Assembly: GCA_964035575.1 (NCBI GenBank)
Contig: OZ037843.1
Coordinates: forward strand, 1,240,001-1,304,000
Reading direction: 5' to 3'
Length of the DNA: 64,000 nucleotides
DNA from: Rhynchopus sp. YZ270_cl-10
Taxonomy: Eukaryota
Below, in pieces: positions 1 through 11,691 of the stretch. Made by a program: the position numbers and the translations under genes. Positions within the stretch are counted from its first letter, which is position 1; every line of letters starts with the position of its first letter. The notes beneath the pieces were generated by a model. The model saw only the letters and a program-made list of their open reading frames with translations, did not search any database and had not been told where the DNA came from.

Positions 1-3000
1 AAGAAACCGGCCACGACAACATCGACGATATGGCGCACAGTCTCCACAGAGAGCGCGGCAAGGTCTCGCACCTCTCGCAACAAAACATGGAGATGCAACG
101 TGAAAAGGACGACCTCCTCAAGCGTCACGAAGACCTCATGTATGATATTTTTCACTTTTTTTTAACCCCTCAGACTAAATCACGAGAGGCTTATGATCAA
201 ATAAACTTTTCTTTATTTTACCCTACCTTTTTTTAACCCCCACAGCAAGGCCATGCAGACTGAAGCAGAGACGACAGAACAGGGCCGCAAGGACGCGCTT
301 GAGCACAGTAGAGGTCTCCTCGAGAAGGAAGCGGAGTACAAGCGTGAGATCAGCAGTGTGCACAGCACCCACTCCAAGAAGGTGGAAGAGTATGTTGCGT
401 GGTGGGGGGACAAACCATTTTTCTGTGGTGTGGCTCATCCCAAAAATAAAGTGTACTTTTTTGTTGGTGTGAAGGGGGGGGGTGCTATTTTGTGCTATTT
501 TGGGGTCGTCAGCCACACCATTTGTACTTCTTTTTGATTATGTTGTGGTGTACTTAGGGGGGGTTTGAGCCACACCATTGAAACATTTTTTAAAACCTCT
601 TCGCCACCTCCGCAGCCTTTCGGAGGACCACGAACGCCAGCTTGCCAAGATCAAGGCGACGCACGACCAAGAGCTCAGTGAGATTATCTATGAGAACGAG
701 CGCATGTACGAGGAGTTCCAGACAAAGATCCAGTCGCTTGAGGACAAGGTGTGTACTTCGCTGGTTTTTGTTTTTGTTTAGTTTTGTTTTTGTATTGTCA
801 AACCCCCCTGCAAAAATAGCAAACCCTCATTGAAAACTGGCAACACCTTTTGTTGCCGCCCTCGTTCTCTTACGGTACGGGCCCAGTCATTAGGTTTCCT
901 TTGTACATCTTCTGTTGTTGGCCGCAGGGTACTTTTGCTTTCATCCGGATGGCTGGCATCGTACGTGGGTCAGTCGGAGGTGCCTGCATTAATAACTTCA
1001 CTTTGTTGTCTGTAACCATTAAAAAGTTTTGTGTTGTGAAATCAGTTACTCTTCAATAACCACCATTTTGCCTTTCACGATGCCAGCCACATCACGACAT
1101 CAGATGGGTCAATCAGAGGTGCCTGCATCACCAACTACCATTTTCCTCCCCCCATCCACATTTTTTCCAAGCTCCTCATGAATCATTCTCTTCCACAGCT
1201 CCGTTCTGAGAAGGACGAAAACGCGAAAGCCATGCGCCTCCTGGAGAAAGACCGTGAAGAGCAGCAGAGGTATACATCTTCAAAGAGTCCATTGTTTCTT
1301 TTCCCCCCCTCGATCTTTGCTTTTTTCCTCTCTGACTTTCGCGTCTACAACACTACTCAGCAAAAAACAAACAGATTATAGTGGAGCACACTCTAGGGTG
1401 GCTACACTAATACAAACCAAGTTTTCAAAAAACAAACAGAACACTGGGCACAAAGCACTTTCAAAACAAAATCATTTTCAAACTCTCCCCTTCCCCTCCA
1501 CCTCCCCTCCACAACAGATACCTGCACGCCGATATCCAACGTCGCGAAGAGATGATCGACAAACTCGACTTCGAGCTCTCCGAGAACACCCAGCTCAAGG
1601 AGAAGTACCTCATCGAGCTGCGCACACTCCGCGAATCCTCCGAACGCGAGAAGGCCGAGGCGAAGTACACCAACGACGCACGCATGGCAGACATGGTCAC
1701 AGAAGCCAACAAGAAAAACGAAGCCAAAGCGGCCAAGATGCGCGAATACGTCCTGCGCGCTGAGGAAGACGCGGACCGCGCCTCGAAGGAAAAGGTGGAG
1801 GTGCAGAAGCACTTCGAGGAGGTCGCGAAGCGGGAGGACAAATACTCGCAGACGTTCGACCTGGTGTGCCACTTCCTGCAGCAGCTCCCTGCGGACGGCG
1901 ACATCCCGAAGGATTGGACGCTGGAGGACATCAAGCGCATGCTGCGCTCCTTCCAGCAGTTCAAGAAGGACTACGCCAGCTACCGCCCCAACAAGGAGTC
2001 CCTCAAGGCCATGCTCCGCATCAACCCCGTACGCAGAGGTGCCGAGCGCATGCGCACCCTCCTCGAGCAGCAGGACGACGACGAGGACGGCTCAGACGAG
2101 CTCAAGGGATCCATCAAAGTCCTCATGGGAGGCATGCAGTGTCCCGACCTTGGTGGCGTAGCGGGTACCATCCCACGCCTCGATGGCTCGCCTGAGAAGG
2201 TATTTGGAATAAAAAAAATCAGATTGGTAAAGTACCGACCCTCCCCCGTGAAATTGCCCCCCCCCCAAAAAACCGGTATTTTGCCCCGACGGACAATCCC
2301 CGTGGTGGGGTGGGGTATTTTACGACCCGTTTTTTAGTTTAGTTTAGTTTTTTAAATTTCCCTTTGTTTTGATCTCCTCATTTGCTCTCCTTACACCACC
2401 GCACCCCTCTTACAGGACCGTGACCACCACGGTGAGTCTGCAGCAGCAGGCTCGGCATACCACATGCAGGGTGCTAGCGCAGCCTCCACGACGCATGCCT
2501 CACTCAAGGCAGGCACCATGGGTAAGAGACGCAGCCGCTCCTCTCCACGCATGTCCTCGGGAGACGTATGTAGAAAATGGGGAAACCATACAATATAAGA
2601 TTCCAAAAAAGTGAGATGGTTATCGGAACCCAAATTCTGTCGTACTTTCTAGGCGAAGAAATTATTACGCATCCCCCGCCGTTTGGTATAAAAGTGTCAC
2701 TTTGTCGTTCCCTCACCCCCTTCTTGTAGTTGTTTGATGCGTTGACGCTTCCACACACACTAAAAATCACCTGTTGGGTGGTGGTGTTGCGGAGCACGGT
2801 TGGGTGAGTGAACGACGTGACACTTTCCGCTCACAAGGTAGTGTGCGTAAAAAGAAAAACAGAGATGGGGGTTTTTGGGGGGAAGAGTTCATTCTTGAAC
2901 GCATTCCCCATATATGCACACACTGTTTTGAATAATCTTAAACGCACCACGTACAGACCTTCCCCGAGCACACATCGCCACTGAAGAAGCGTGCGTCCAA

Positions 3001-3133
3001 GGCTAACATGTCCTCCAACAAGGCAGGGAAGGTGCGTGACTTCACAAAGCAGCCTCTCAAGCAGGAGAAGAAGGATGCGCCAGTCGGGCGGCCTTCTACA
3101 GCATCCCCGCCACCAAACCACAACAGAAAGTGA
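1..3133 (+). CDS. Multi-exon coiled-coil protein of unknown function (5' end may be outside the window); exons <1-139, 246-389, 616-748, 1199-1269, 1518-2199, 2416-2565, 2957-3133
   Basis: GC-rich, E/K/R-rich coding segments joined by six GT...AG introns (gtatga/cacag, gtatgt/cgcag, gtgtgt/cacag, gtatac/aacag, gtattt/tacag, gtatgt/tacag). The reading frame is preserved across every junction (e.g. DLI|KAMQT, VED|LSEDH, EDK|LRSEK, QQR|YLHAD) and ends at TGA 3131-3133. Confidence 0.85.
1381..1432 (+). repeat. Short hairpin + poly(A) dispersed repeat, family R1 (other copies ~3514-3565, 3874-3918, 44068-44127, 49857-49919)
   Basis: Consensus GTGGAG(n)CAC/TC..GGGTG(G/T)CTACACTAATACAACCAAGTTTTC-A(n) found five times, all on +. 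Confidence 0.8.
2690..2847 (-). mobile_element. MITE-like repeat within an intron (other copies ~27650-27806 on +, partial 14648-14718 on +)
   Basis: Shared core GTGTGGAAGCGTCAACGCATCAAACAACTACAAGAAGGGGGTGAGGGAACGAC, with imperfect TIRs AAAGTGTCAC..GTCGTTC.CTCACCC. Confidence 0.7.
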
Positions 3134-4294
3134 AAAGGTGCAAAAAACAAAAAAAACAAAAACAAAATGTACCCCTTTTTTTGGGGTTTCTTTGCGATTA
3201 TCGATAATAAAATAGCATTTTGGTAAAAATTCCCGTGATTTTCTCTTTCTTTTTTTTTCTTTTTATATCTTGAATCAGGGCAGGATCTCTGTTCTGTGAC
3301 GAAATCCCGAAAAATGGGTCAAAAAAATAAACGAAAAAGTGGGTCGAAGCGAGCCGTTTTTTTAAATTTTTGCCTGACCCGCTTTTTCGTTTTTTTTTCC
3401 TTTCACAAAGTGAGTCAACTGATCCACTTTTTCAAGGGAGGTCCTCCCTGATTGAGTACACAACGGGCGCCGATTGGTGGAAGCAAAAACAGCGGTTTGC
3501 GTAACGTAGTATAGTGGAGTACATCCTCTCGGGTGTCTACACTAATACAACCAAGTTTTCAAAAACAAAATATGCATGATAAAGCAAAGAGGGAAAGGTG
3601 TATAGAAAGCGCTGCACTGTCCCATGTGTTGTGCTCACAGAGCAGTTTTAGTGGACATTCCCCAATGCATGGGTGAACGTTATATTGATATTTTTCTTTG
3701 GGTATTTTGGGCGATTGTGAGAAAAAGGTTTTCAAAAAGAGGGATGGGTCGAGATTGCAAAGAAAAGACAGCATATTCTGTACAAAAACAAGGAAAAAAA
3801 GGAAGTAAAAAAAAAAAACAATAAAACAATAAAAAAAACAAACGTTTCAAAAAAAAAAAAAATGCAAAAAGTAGTGGAGATCATCCTCGGGTGGTCTACA
3901 CTAATACAAAATTTTCAACAACAACAAAATGGAAAAAAGGGATTTTTTTTTTTTTGGGGGAGAGAATTTCAGATTTTCCCGGAAATGCAACAAAGCATAT
4001 TTTTTTCGGAGGAAAAAATTTAAAAAAAATGCATAATTGCGTCTCAAAATGCAAGTCGCAGTGGACCTTGTGGAGGTCTTCTTTCCCCTCCCTTCCCCCT
4101 CTCGCGCAGAGAGAACCAAACCATTTTTTTTAAAAAAAACCAAAGTTTTCATTAACCCCTCTCCCGCACACTGCGGGGCAGTGAACCAATTGCCTACGTC
4201 CGCCGTCAGCCCGGTGAGGTGTTGGCATCTTGTCACCGTCTCGTCTCTCTTCTGCGTTTTTGTTTTTTTGTTTTTTTTTTTTTTTGCACAGCAA

Positions 4295-4526
4295 CACGAC
4301 GGGACCTAGTGACAAGTGACAAATGAAAATGACAAGTGAATGACAAGTGAAAAAGGTGACAAGTAAATGACAAGTGAAATGACAAGTAGGTCACTTGTCA
4401 TAACAAGTGAATAGCCTATAGCCCAATAGAAAATCACTTGTCATGACAAGTGACTTTTTTGAGTGAAAAGTGACAAGTGAAATGACATGTGATTTCACTT
4501 GTCACTTGTCACTGGGTCCCATCGTG
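4295..4526. mobile_element. MITE with CAC termini and internal TGACAAG repeats (CMC-like termini)
   Basis: TIR CACGAcGGGACCtAGTGACAAGTGACAA / TTGTCACTTGTCACTgGGTCCCaTCGTG, many subterminal TGACAAGTG motifs, and AA on both flanks (possible 2-bp TSD). Confidence 0.7.
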
Positions 4527-4754
4527 AACCAACTAAACTTCGTTCTTCCCCCCCTACCCCATTTCTCTTTCAAATCTTTTTTTTTGAAAAGGGAACTAAA
4601 ACAACAAGAGAGCTGTTCTTCCTCTTCCTCCTTTCTCAAGCACATCTCCACGTAGAGGGTGAAGGGGGGATATTTTTTTTTTTTTTGGCTTCCAAAAATT
4701 AACGTGTCTTTTTTCTTTCTGAAAGAAAGTTGGGAACATTTTTGTTGATCCCTG

Positions 4755-4859
4755 CACGGTGGAGTCCGCTCAAAATGGGCGGACCCTTTTGGGCGAACTT
4801 TTTAGGACCTTAAGAGTCCGCCCAAAAGGGTACGCCCATTTTGAGCGGACTCCACCGTG
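4755..4859. mobile_element. Near-perfect 105-bp palindromic MITE
   Basis: CACGGTGGAGTCCGCTCAAAATGGGCGgACCCTTTTGGGCG ... CGCCCAAAAGGGTaCGCCCATTTTGAGCGGACTCCACCGTG. Confidence 0.8.
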
Positions 4860-5006
4860 TATACCTATGCTTCCAATTTATTGATTGCATAATATTATGT
4901 TGAAATACTTTCTTTCTGACACTATGTTTGGAAACTTTAAACCCCCTTGTGTGTGCCAACGTACTACATTACTCCATCTTTCAGTTTTTTTTTTGTCGAA
5001 CCTGCC

Positions 5007-5040
<34 letters not shown>

Positions 5041-5239
5041 TCACAGTCTTCTTCGCACCGGGTCGTAGCAAAAAAAAAACAATCCCCCCACAAAAAAGCT
5101 GTCCCAAAAATAAAAAAAACAAAACAAAATTGATGATTAGTGCACATTTATGCACTAATACGGAAGTGAAGCAACCAATTTTTTTTTCTCTAGGGGATGG
5201 GGAGGGAGAATCTGTACACGTCTTTCTTGAAGGGGTGAG

Positions 5240-6075
5240 ATATGGGTCAGTCCATAAACCCCCCCCCTTAAAAGGTAACCTTTTGTACTTATGTGTAAAT
5301 GAAATAACTTCCACTCGGACTTTTTGCTCGATTTTTGCTCCTTTGAACTCAGAATGACGTTTCTGAGGTCACAGGAGGAAAAATCGAGCAAAAAGTCCGA
5401 GTAGAAGATAGATGAAATAATGTCGAGAGGTATAAAAGTTCCCTTTGAATTGGGTTTTGGGTGGGTTTCACGGGTAAACCTGTCCTAAAAATTATTTTTT
5501 AATATTTGTGACACTTCCGAGCATCTCCGGGTGGAAACCACCTCCAGAATAGGCCTGGGGCACCCTGTGGGGTGAAATTTCACCGGTTGTCCACCCCAGG
5601 ATACGAAAAAATGCAAAAAAATAGTGAAAAAGTAGCTTTTTCAGGGGTTTGGTCATTTTGGGCAAAAGAGCCATTTTTCTGGGAAAACACAAAAAAAGGT
5701 CAAAAAAACAGCATAATTTACCCTCCTTTGCGGCAAATATGCCCCAAAAATGGTTTTTGGGTCTATTTCCACCTGTTTTTGACATTTTTGGCACTTTTTC
5801 TGGCGATTTTTTGGTAAACTTAGGTCAAAAAACAGGTTTACCCGTGAAACCCACCCAAAACCCAATTCAAAGGGAACTTTTATACCTCTCGACATTATTT
5901 CATCTATCTTCTACTCGGACTTTTTGCTCGATTTTTCCTCCTGTGACCTCAGAAACGTCATTCTGAGTTCAAAGGAGCAAAAATCGAGCAAAAAGTCCGA
6001 GTGGAAGTTATTTCATTTACACATAAGTACAAAAGGTTACCTTTTAAGGGGGGGGGTTTATGGACTGAGCCATAT
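5240..6075. mobile_element. Foldback element with ~244-bp inverted arms (5240-5483 / 5832-6075)
   Basis: Arms are nearly exact reverse complements, with termini ATATGGGTCAGTCCATAAACC...GGTTTATGGACTGAGCCATAT. Confidence 0.85.
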
Positions 6076-6467
6076 ACCTTGTGTGGTCTTTCGCATGGAC
6101 TACACTTCTTCAACAGCTTAGCAAATCTTTTGTTATTTTTTTCCCCATACTTCAATACTTCAGGCATAACGCGGGATGTATGTTTTTTTCTTTTTTCCAT
6201 TTTTTTTTTTCTCTCTTGTTGGGTGGTTATCGTTAAACTGTCGACCACCACATAATGTTTTTTTCTCTGTACAACACGCAGCAGAACTTTCCCCCGCCCC
6301 ACTTCCCACTGTGTTCACATCTTCTTTTTTTTTAGATTATTTTTCTCGATATTTTTTTTTTTTAAATTTTTGATTTTTTGATATTTTGCAAATGGTGATA
6401 ACCCCAAAAAAAAACACACACAGCAACTTTTCGCAACTTTTCACAACGCAGTTACTGTGAAAAGCGA

Positions 6468-7737
6468 ATATGGCACGGTCCATAAACCACCCCCCCCAAA
6501 AGGTAACCTGGGGTCCTTATTTTTATTTCATCTGGGTTCTACTGGGACTTTCTCCCCAATTTTTTTTTAAATGAACTCAGAGTTAAGTTTCTGGGTTCAA
6601 TAAAAAAAACGACGAGCAAAAAGTCCAATTGGAAATTTGATGGATACCCCCCGAGAGCAAAATAAACCAACGGTAAAAATTGGTACCCTTGGTTTCCTAT
6701 AGGTTCCTATAGGAAACCTACATTTTCCCATAATTTCCCACACAACTTACTTGACAACAGGATGAAAACAAATACAAAAATGGCAAAAGTGAGTAAAACC
6801 GTGCAAGGGGCACTGGACTTTGCTAGGGCTCTGGGGGAAACGCAGTTCTCAGGGGAGAAGACTCGCAAGGAGGTTCTTGCCTACGCGAAGGCACGCAGTT
6901 GTTACCGTAGGGGTTTCCGGGAAGACGTGTGGTTCAAAGCTTTATGGAAAGCGAGAGGAATATCCCTCATCCTTCACAGGAAGAACACCACCCGTGGGGG
7001 ACGCGCGGTCCAACTGTATTTCGGACCCACTCCTTCAGCAAATCGACATCACGACATTTCGGCTCCTTTCCTGGCACAATATCAGGCAGACCTTCCTCTT
7101 CCTCCTCCTCCTCCTCATCCTCCTCCTCCTCCGTACCTTCTGATGGCACACCCACACACTCATCCAGGTTACTGCAGAAATACAGTTGGACCGCGCGTCC
7201 CCCACGGGTGGTGTTCTTCCTGTGAAGGATGAGGGATATTCCTCTCGCTTTCCATAAAGCTTTGAACCACACGTCTTCCCGGAAACCCCTACGGTAACAA
7301 CTGCGTGCCTTCGCGTAGGCAAGAACCTCCTTGCGAGTCTTCTCCCCTGAGAACTGCGTTTCCCCCAGAGCCCTAGCAAAGTCCAGTGCCCCTTGCACGG
7401 TTTTACTCACTTTTGCCATTTTTGTATTTGTTTTCATCCTGTTGTCAAGTAAGTTGTGTGGGAAATTATGGGAAAATGTAGGTTTCCTATAGGAACCTAT
7501 AGGAAACCAAGGGTACCAATTTTTACCGTTGGTTTATTTTGCTCTCGGGGGGTATCCATCAAATTTCCAATTGGACTTTTTGCTCGTCGTTTTTTTTATT
7601 GAACCCAGAAACTTAACTCTGAGTTCATTAAAAAAAAAATTGGGGAGAAAGTCCCAGTAGAACCCAGAGGAAATAAAAATAAGGACCCCAGGTTACCTTT
7701 TGGGGGGGGGGGGGGTGGTTTATGGACTGACCCATAT
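6468..7737. mobile_element. Foldback element with ~555-bp inverted arms (6468-7022 / 7177-7737), same terminal family as 5240-6075; the arms contain an ORF start
   Basis: Arms are reverse complements around a 154-bp spacer. Terminal motif ATATGG..GTCCATAAACC..AAAAGGTAACC is shared with the 5240 element. Confidence 0.85.
6967..7437 (-). CDS. Element-borne ORF (156 aa): basic N-terminal region plus acidic tract, probably a truncated transposon gene
   Basis: The first ~87 aa are identical to the mirror ORF 6762-7232(+). This minus-strand version continues into a natural-looking acidic linker (EEEEDEEEEEEEE) before running into the opposite arm. Confidence 0.35.
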   Translation of the reverse strand: MKTNTKMAKVSKTVQGALDFARALGETQFSGEKTRKEVLAYAKARSCYRRGFREDVWFKALWKARGISLILHRKNTTRGGRAVQLYFCSNLDECVGVPSEGTEEEEDEEEEEEEEGLPDIVPGKEPKCRDVDLLKEWVRNTVGPRVPHGWCSSCEG

Positions 7738-8415
7738 GCTTTATTTTTTTTTTTGTATTGTTGCCAGGGCGTTCGCTATCGCCATCGTTTTTTCCTGATC
7801 GTGGCGAAATGCCAAAAAATCCGAAATTTTTGCTTTTTTACTAGTGCTTAAAATAGGTCAAAAAAAAATTTTCCCGCCGGAGAGAAGCTAGTTCGTGGGG
7901 GGTGAATCCCTGGTACTGAGTGGTCAAAAAAAATTGCGATTTGCGCGTGATCCCTTCCCCAGCACAAGTGCTATTACAGCTGAACTTTCCTGATACTAAA
8001 ACCAGCAAAACGATGGAGAATTTCATCAATCCCCCCCTCACTGAGGGTCTCTTTGTGCTGTTTAATCAAACAGATGCACAAGAGAGAGGCATCTGTCATA
8101 TGAGACTTCATCCTTAGTTTGATTATTTTCAATAAACTAAAACGTCTCTCTGCCGTTGAAGATAGAGTTGACACGAGCAGTGACACCTTCTATAACAGGG
8201 GGTACGGGGCACCTTCAGCAGACTGCAGGATTGAGGAGCGGGAGTGCTGGGGAAACTTCCTCTCACGGCAGGCGGGTTTGCGGATGATTTTGAGTACAGT
8301 GGACACCCCTCTGCGACCCCCCCTCCGGGGGGGTCTACAGGGTGGTGGGGAGAAATCTCTCTCTCTTTTTTTTTTTTTTTTTTCCCCTTTTTTTTTTTTT
8401 ATTTATTTATTTATA

Positions 8416-8527
8416 CAGGGTTTCGCCCCGGTGGGGCGAAGCCCTGGGGCGAAATAAAATGTCATTTTTTCAGGAAAAGATTTTTTTAACGAAAAAAAAT
8501 ATTTTTCGCCCCGGGGCGAACGCCCTG
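8416..8527. mobile_element. Small CAGGG-terminated MITE-like element
   Basis: CAGGGtTTCGCCCC ... GGGGCGAAcgCCCTG with internal GGGGCGAA repeats. No TSD found. Confidence 0.55.
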
Positions 8528-8901
8528 ATTGTTGCGAAAAGTTGTGATGGACCCCCCCTGAATAGCAAGAATAAGAGAAAAAATTTTACAGGAAGACAGA
8601 TACCAGGCTTGGTCTGTATGTCATTTCCGGTCTAAAAATTAAACCATTTTTTTTTTTAAAATGCACTCGGGTAGAGTGCCATGCCTCCCCCCTCACCCCT
8701 ATTTTTTATTTTATTTGTTATTTTTTCAAAAAGGAAAAGGGAAGGGAAACGGAACGGGGGAGGGGGAGGGGGAAACAACACACAACAACGTTCGGGCAGG
8801 GGAAGGTATGATAGTGAACACAACGCATTTCTTCGTCGTTTTTTTTTTTTTTTTTGTTTTTTTTTGTTTTGTTTTGTGCTGCAAGGTCCTGAGAAGAACT
8901 A

Positions 8902-9068
8902 CCGTATTCGTACAAATTATCGACCATAAAAAAGGTCGAACATTTTTACGGTCGAACATTACTGTATCTAATGTTCGGCTGTAAAACAGGTCGAACTTCC
9001 AGGAAAATCCTGAAATAGTCCTACATATTTTCGAACATTAGTACGGTCGATAATTTGTACGAATACAG
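8902..9068. mobile_element. Tc1/mariner-type MITE (TA flanks); degenerate relative at ~29320-29421
   Basis: TA-CCGTATTCGTACAAATTATCGACC ... GGTCGATAATTTGTACGAATACaG-TA, with internal GGTCGAAC repeats. Confidence 0.7.
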
Positions 9069-9668
9069 TACGTTATCTCTGTATGATTTTTTCTGTTTTA
9101 GTGCCTGCGTCCGCCCGTGTCCGGTGAGACGTTTGACACTTTCAACACTTTTCTTTTCTGTGATCTCGTGTGTCACTCCCCCTTGCTGCTCCTGTAGGGT
9201 GGATAGGCAACTGAGAGGCTTAAGTTCATCGTTCATCCAAAACTATTTCGGTATAGCCTGATCATTTGTACCAAAGGTACACTGCTCACGAGAGGGCTTT
9301 TGTATTTCAACTCTACTTTTTTTTTTGTATCGATGTTTGAGGTTGCGCTGTCACGAGAGAGAGGGCTTTGGAGTTCATGACTGCATGTGGCTGAATGGGG
9401 TTACCTTCAGAGGGGGGGCGCAAAAAAAAGTGCGCAAGAAGTGCAAATCAGCCCTCGAAATTTTTTTTGATAAAACAACTTGTTGTCAATTCTAAAAAGA
9501 TTGGAGGCAGCGCTGCAGGGCAAACAAAACGGATTGAAAAAAACAGAAGCTTGCTTGTTTTCTTTGAGTACTCAATTAACCACAACAACCGTACTTCAGG
9601 TTAACACATTTTTTCACCTTTTTGTTTTCCCGGCTTTGAGCGCACAAACAAAAGACCCGATCTTTTCT

Positions 9669-9722
9669 AGGTGACTAATCACGAGAGGCTTTGGTTCATC
9701 TCTAAACTTTTCCTTTTTTTTT
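9669..9722 (+). repeat. Short hairpin + T-tract dispersed repeat, family R2 (other copies ~17732-17786, 32741-32795, 63684-63737; degenerate ~175-212)
   Basis: Consensus AAGGTGACTAAGCACGAGAGGCTTAGGATCATCTTATAAACTTTTC-T(n). The 32741 and 63684 copies appear identical over the core. Confidence 0.8.
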
Positions 9723-10509
9723 GATCCATGAGGGGAAAAAGGGTGCAAAAAGTGCGCAGAAGTGCGCAAGAAGTGCGAATTACTCCCCCCTTCAGCCACA
9801 CCAATGACACCTTTTCCCCCATTATTTAACCAGTGTTCTCCTCCGCGGGGAGACGTCGCATTGCCAATAGAATCTGAAATGAAATCCTCCTCATTTCGAA
9901 AATTCTGCTTTTTTCGTGAACTCTTGAGAGCCCTGATTCCAACCTGCTTTTCTTTTCTTTTCTCTTTGTTCAATTTTTTCCCCTAAATTTTAAAAAACCC
10001 TTTTGAGCGCAGCGATACAAAAAAAAAAAAAAGAAAATGGACAGTGATGACTGTTAATATGGCAGCTACACTACTCCAAAAAAATTACCAAAAAAAAGAA
10101 AAAGGGGGGCAGGGCAAATGAACAGCAGGATAGTTACAAAGTTTTTTTTTTAAACCCCTCCCCCTACCTACAACGATAAAACCATAAAAGATCTGCCGAT
10201 TAAAAAAAGCACAAAATGATTATGAAAAAACAAAGCAAAATTATTTTCTCCCACCGTGAAACCACAAAGTAAAAACCGCAAATCATGTAAGTTGCTTCAC
10301 TGTGGTATAGGGGGAGCACTGACTGGCATAGCCCGATAGAACCACCCCCGCAAAGGATAGGATGTAGTGTAGAGAGTTGACGCAGCTTTCTGTCCCTTCA
10401 CGAGCCATGTGCTTTTCTTTCTCCGTTTGTGTTTTTTTTTTTATATACCCCTGTTGTTTTTGTTGCCCCAAACCCAAAACACCTGCAAAAACAGAGGCAC
10501 AAAAAAAAC

Positions 10510-11691
10510 ATGGAAATATGCGTGAAGAGCTTTGATGGAGAGAAGTACACAGTTGAGGTGGGTGTAGATGATACAACTGCGGACATACGGCGGAAGGTGG
10601 CGTCTGCAGCAGCGTTGTGCGAAGACAGCTTTCATATGAGCTTTGGGGGGAAGGTGCTGGACGATGGACACGACACAACGCAGCTGAGTTCTGGGGACAC
10701 AGTTGTCCTGCTGAATTCGCAGAAGCACGAAGCCCGCGCAGCTCTTCGCGAATTGGGTGAGACAAGGCTGGTGCCAGAGAGGTTCGAAGGTCTGACCGAT
10801 CCGAAGCTGATTCATTTGTTTCTGCAGGCGGAGGTTGTTACTAAGCTACCACCTGCCTTCTTGGCAGGCGGAAAATTCGAAGAGCTTGACCTCAGTGGTG
10901 TGTCAGGTGTGACCACAACAGGCGCCAACCTCCTCTGCAAATGCACCGCATTGCACACTGCTGATTTATCTGGGTGGAGCAGCGTGACGCTGGTAGAGTG
11001 CGCATTCCTCAACGACTGCAGCACGTTGCGAACACTTGACCTCTCTGGGTGGAGCAACGTGACGCACATTGAGAACTCCTTCCTCCACAACTGCCCTGCG
11101 TTGGCTGTGCTTGATTTGTCTGGGTGGCGCAATGTGACGCATATCGGGTCCTCTTTCCTCTCCAACTGCAGGTCATTGCGTACACTGGACGTCTCGATGT
11201 GGAAGAATGTGACGTCTGTCGACGTCGCTTTTCTTTACAGCTGCCGTGCGCTGAAGGCAATATGCTTGGGGTGGCGCAATGTGACGCAGGTTGGGAGCTA
11301 CTTCCTCTCCAGCTGCAGTGGGTTGACCACACTGGACCTGTCTGGGTGGAGGAGTGTTGCGAAGATCGACGACTACTTCCTCTCCGACTGCACCGCGTTG
11401 ACCAGCCTTAACTTGTCTGGGTGGCACAACGTATCGAGCGTTGGGGACTACTTCGTTGCCAACTGCAGTGAGTTGAAAACACTTGACTGGTCTGGGTGGG
11501 CGAATGTGACGCGCATTGGATATGGACCGCTCCTCGAGTGTACCTTAGAGTCAAGCAGTATCAACGTCACCGGATCGAGCATTGTTGTGTCAGAATATGT
11601 GCACAGCCGTAGTCTCAAGGACGATGAAGTAAGGGACGTTGTGCACAGCAGCAACCCCAAGAAGGCCAAGCGCAAATGTGTGTGCATGTGA
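10510..11691 (+). CDS. Ubiquitin-like domain + BspA-like leucine-rich repeats + polybasic CaaX tail (393 aa)
   Basis: N-terminus MEICVKSFDGEKYTVEV..DTTADIRRKV..MSFGGKVLDD..GDTVVL fits the UBL pattern. About 9 repeats of ~24-25 aa (LDLSGWxNVTxIxxxFLxxCxxL) follow, and the C-terminus is KKAKRKCVCM*. First ATG at 10510. Confidence 0.88.
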   Translation: MEICVKSFDGEKYTVEVGVDDTTADIRRKVASAAALCEDSFHMSFGGKVLDDGHDTTQLSSGDTVVLLNSQKHEARAALRELGETRLVPERFEGLTDPKLIHLFLQAEVVTKLPPAFLAGGKFEELDLSGVSGVTTTGANLLCKCTALHTADLSGWSSVTLVECAFLNDCSTLRTLDLSGWSNVTHIENSFLHNCPALAVLDLSGWRNVTHIGSSFLSNCRSLRTLDVSMWKNVTSVDVAFLYSCRALKAICLGWRNVTQVGSYFLSSCSGLTTLDLSGWRSVAKIDDYFLSDCTALTSLNLSGWHNVSSVGDYFVANCSELKTLDWSGWANVTRIGYGPLLECTLESSSINVTGSSIVVSEYVHSRSLKDDEVRDVVHSSNPKKAKRKCVCM

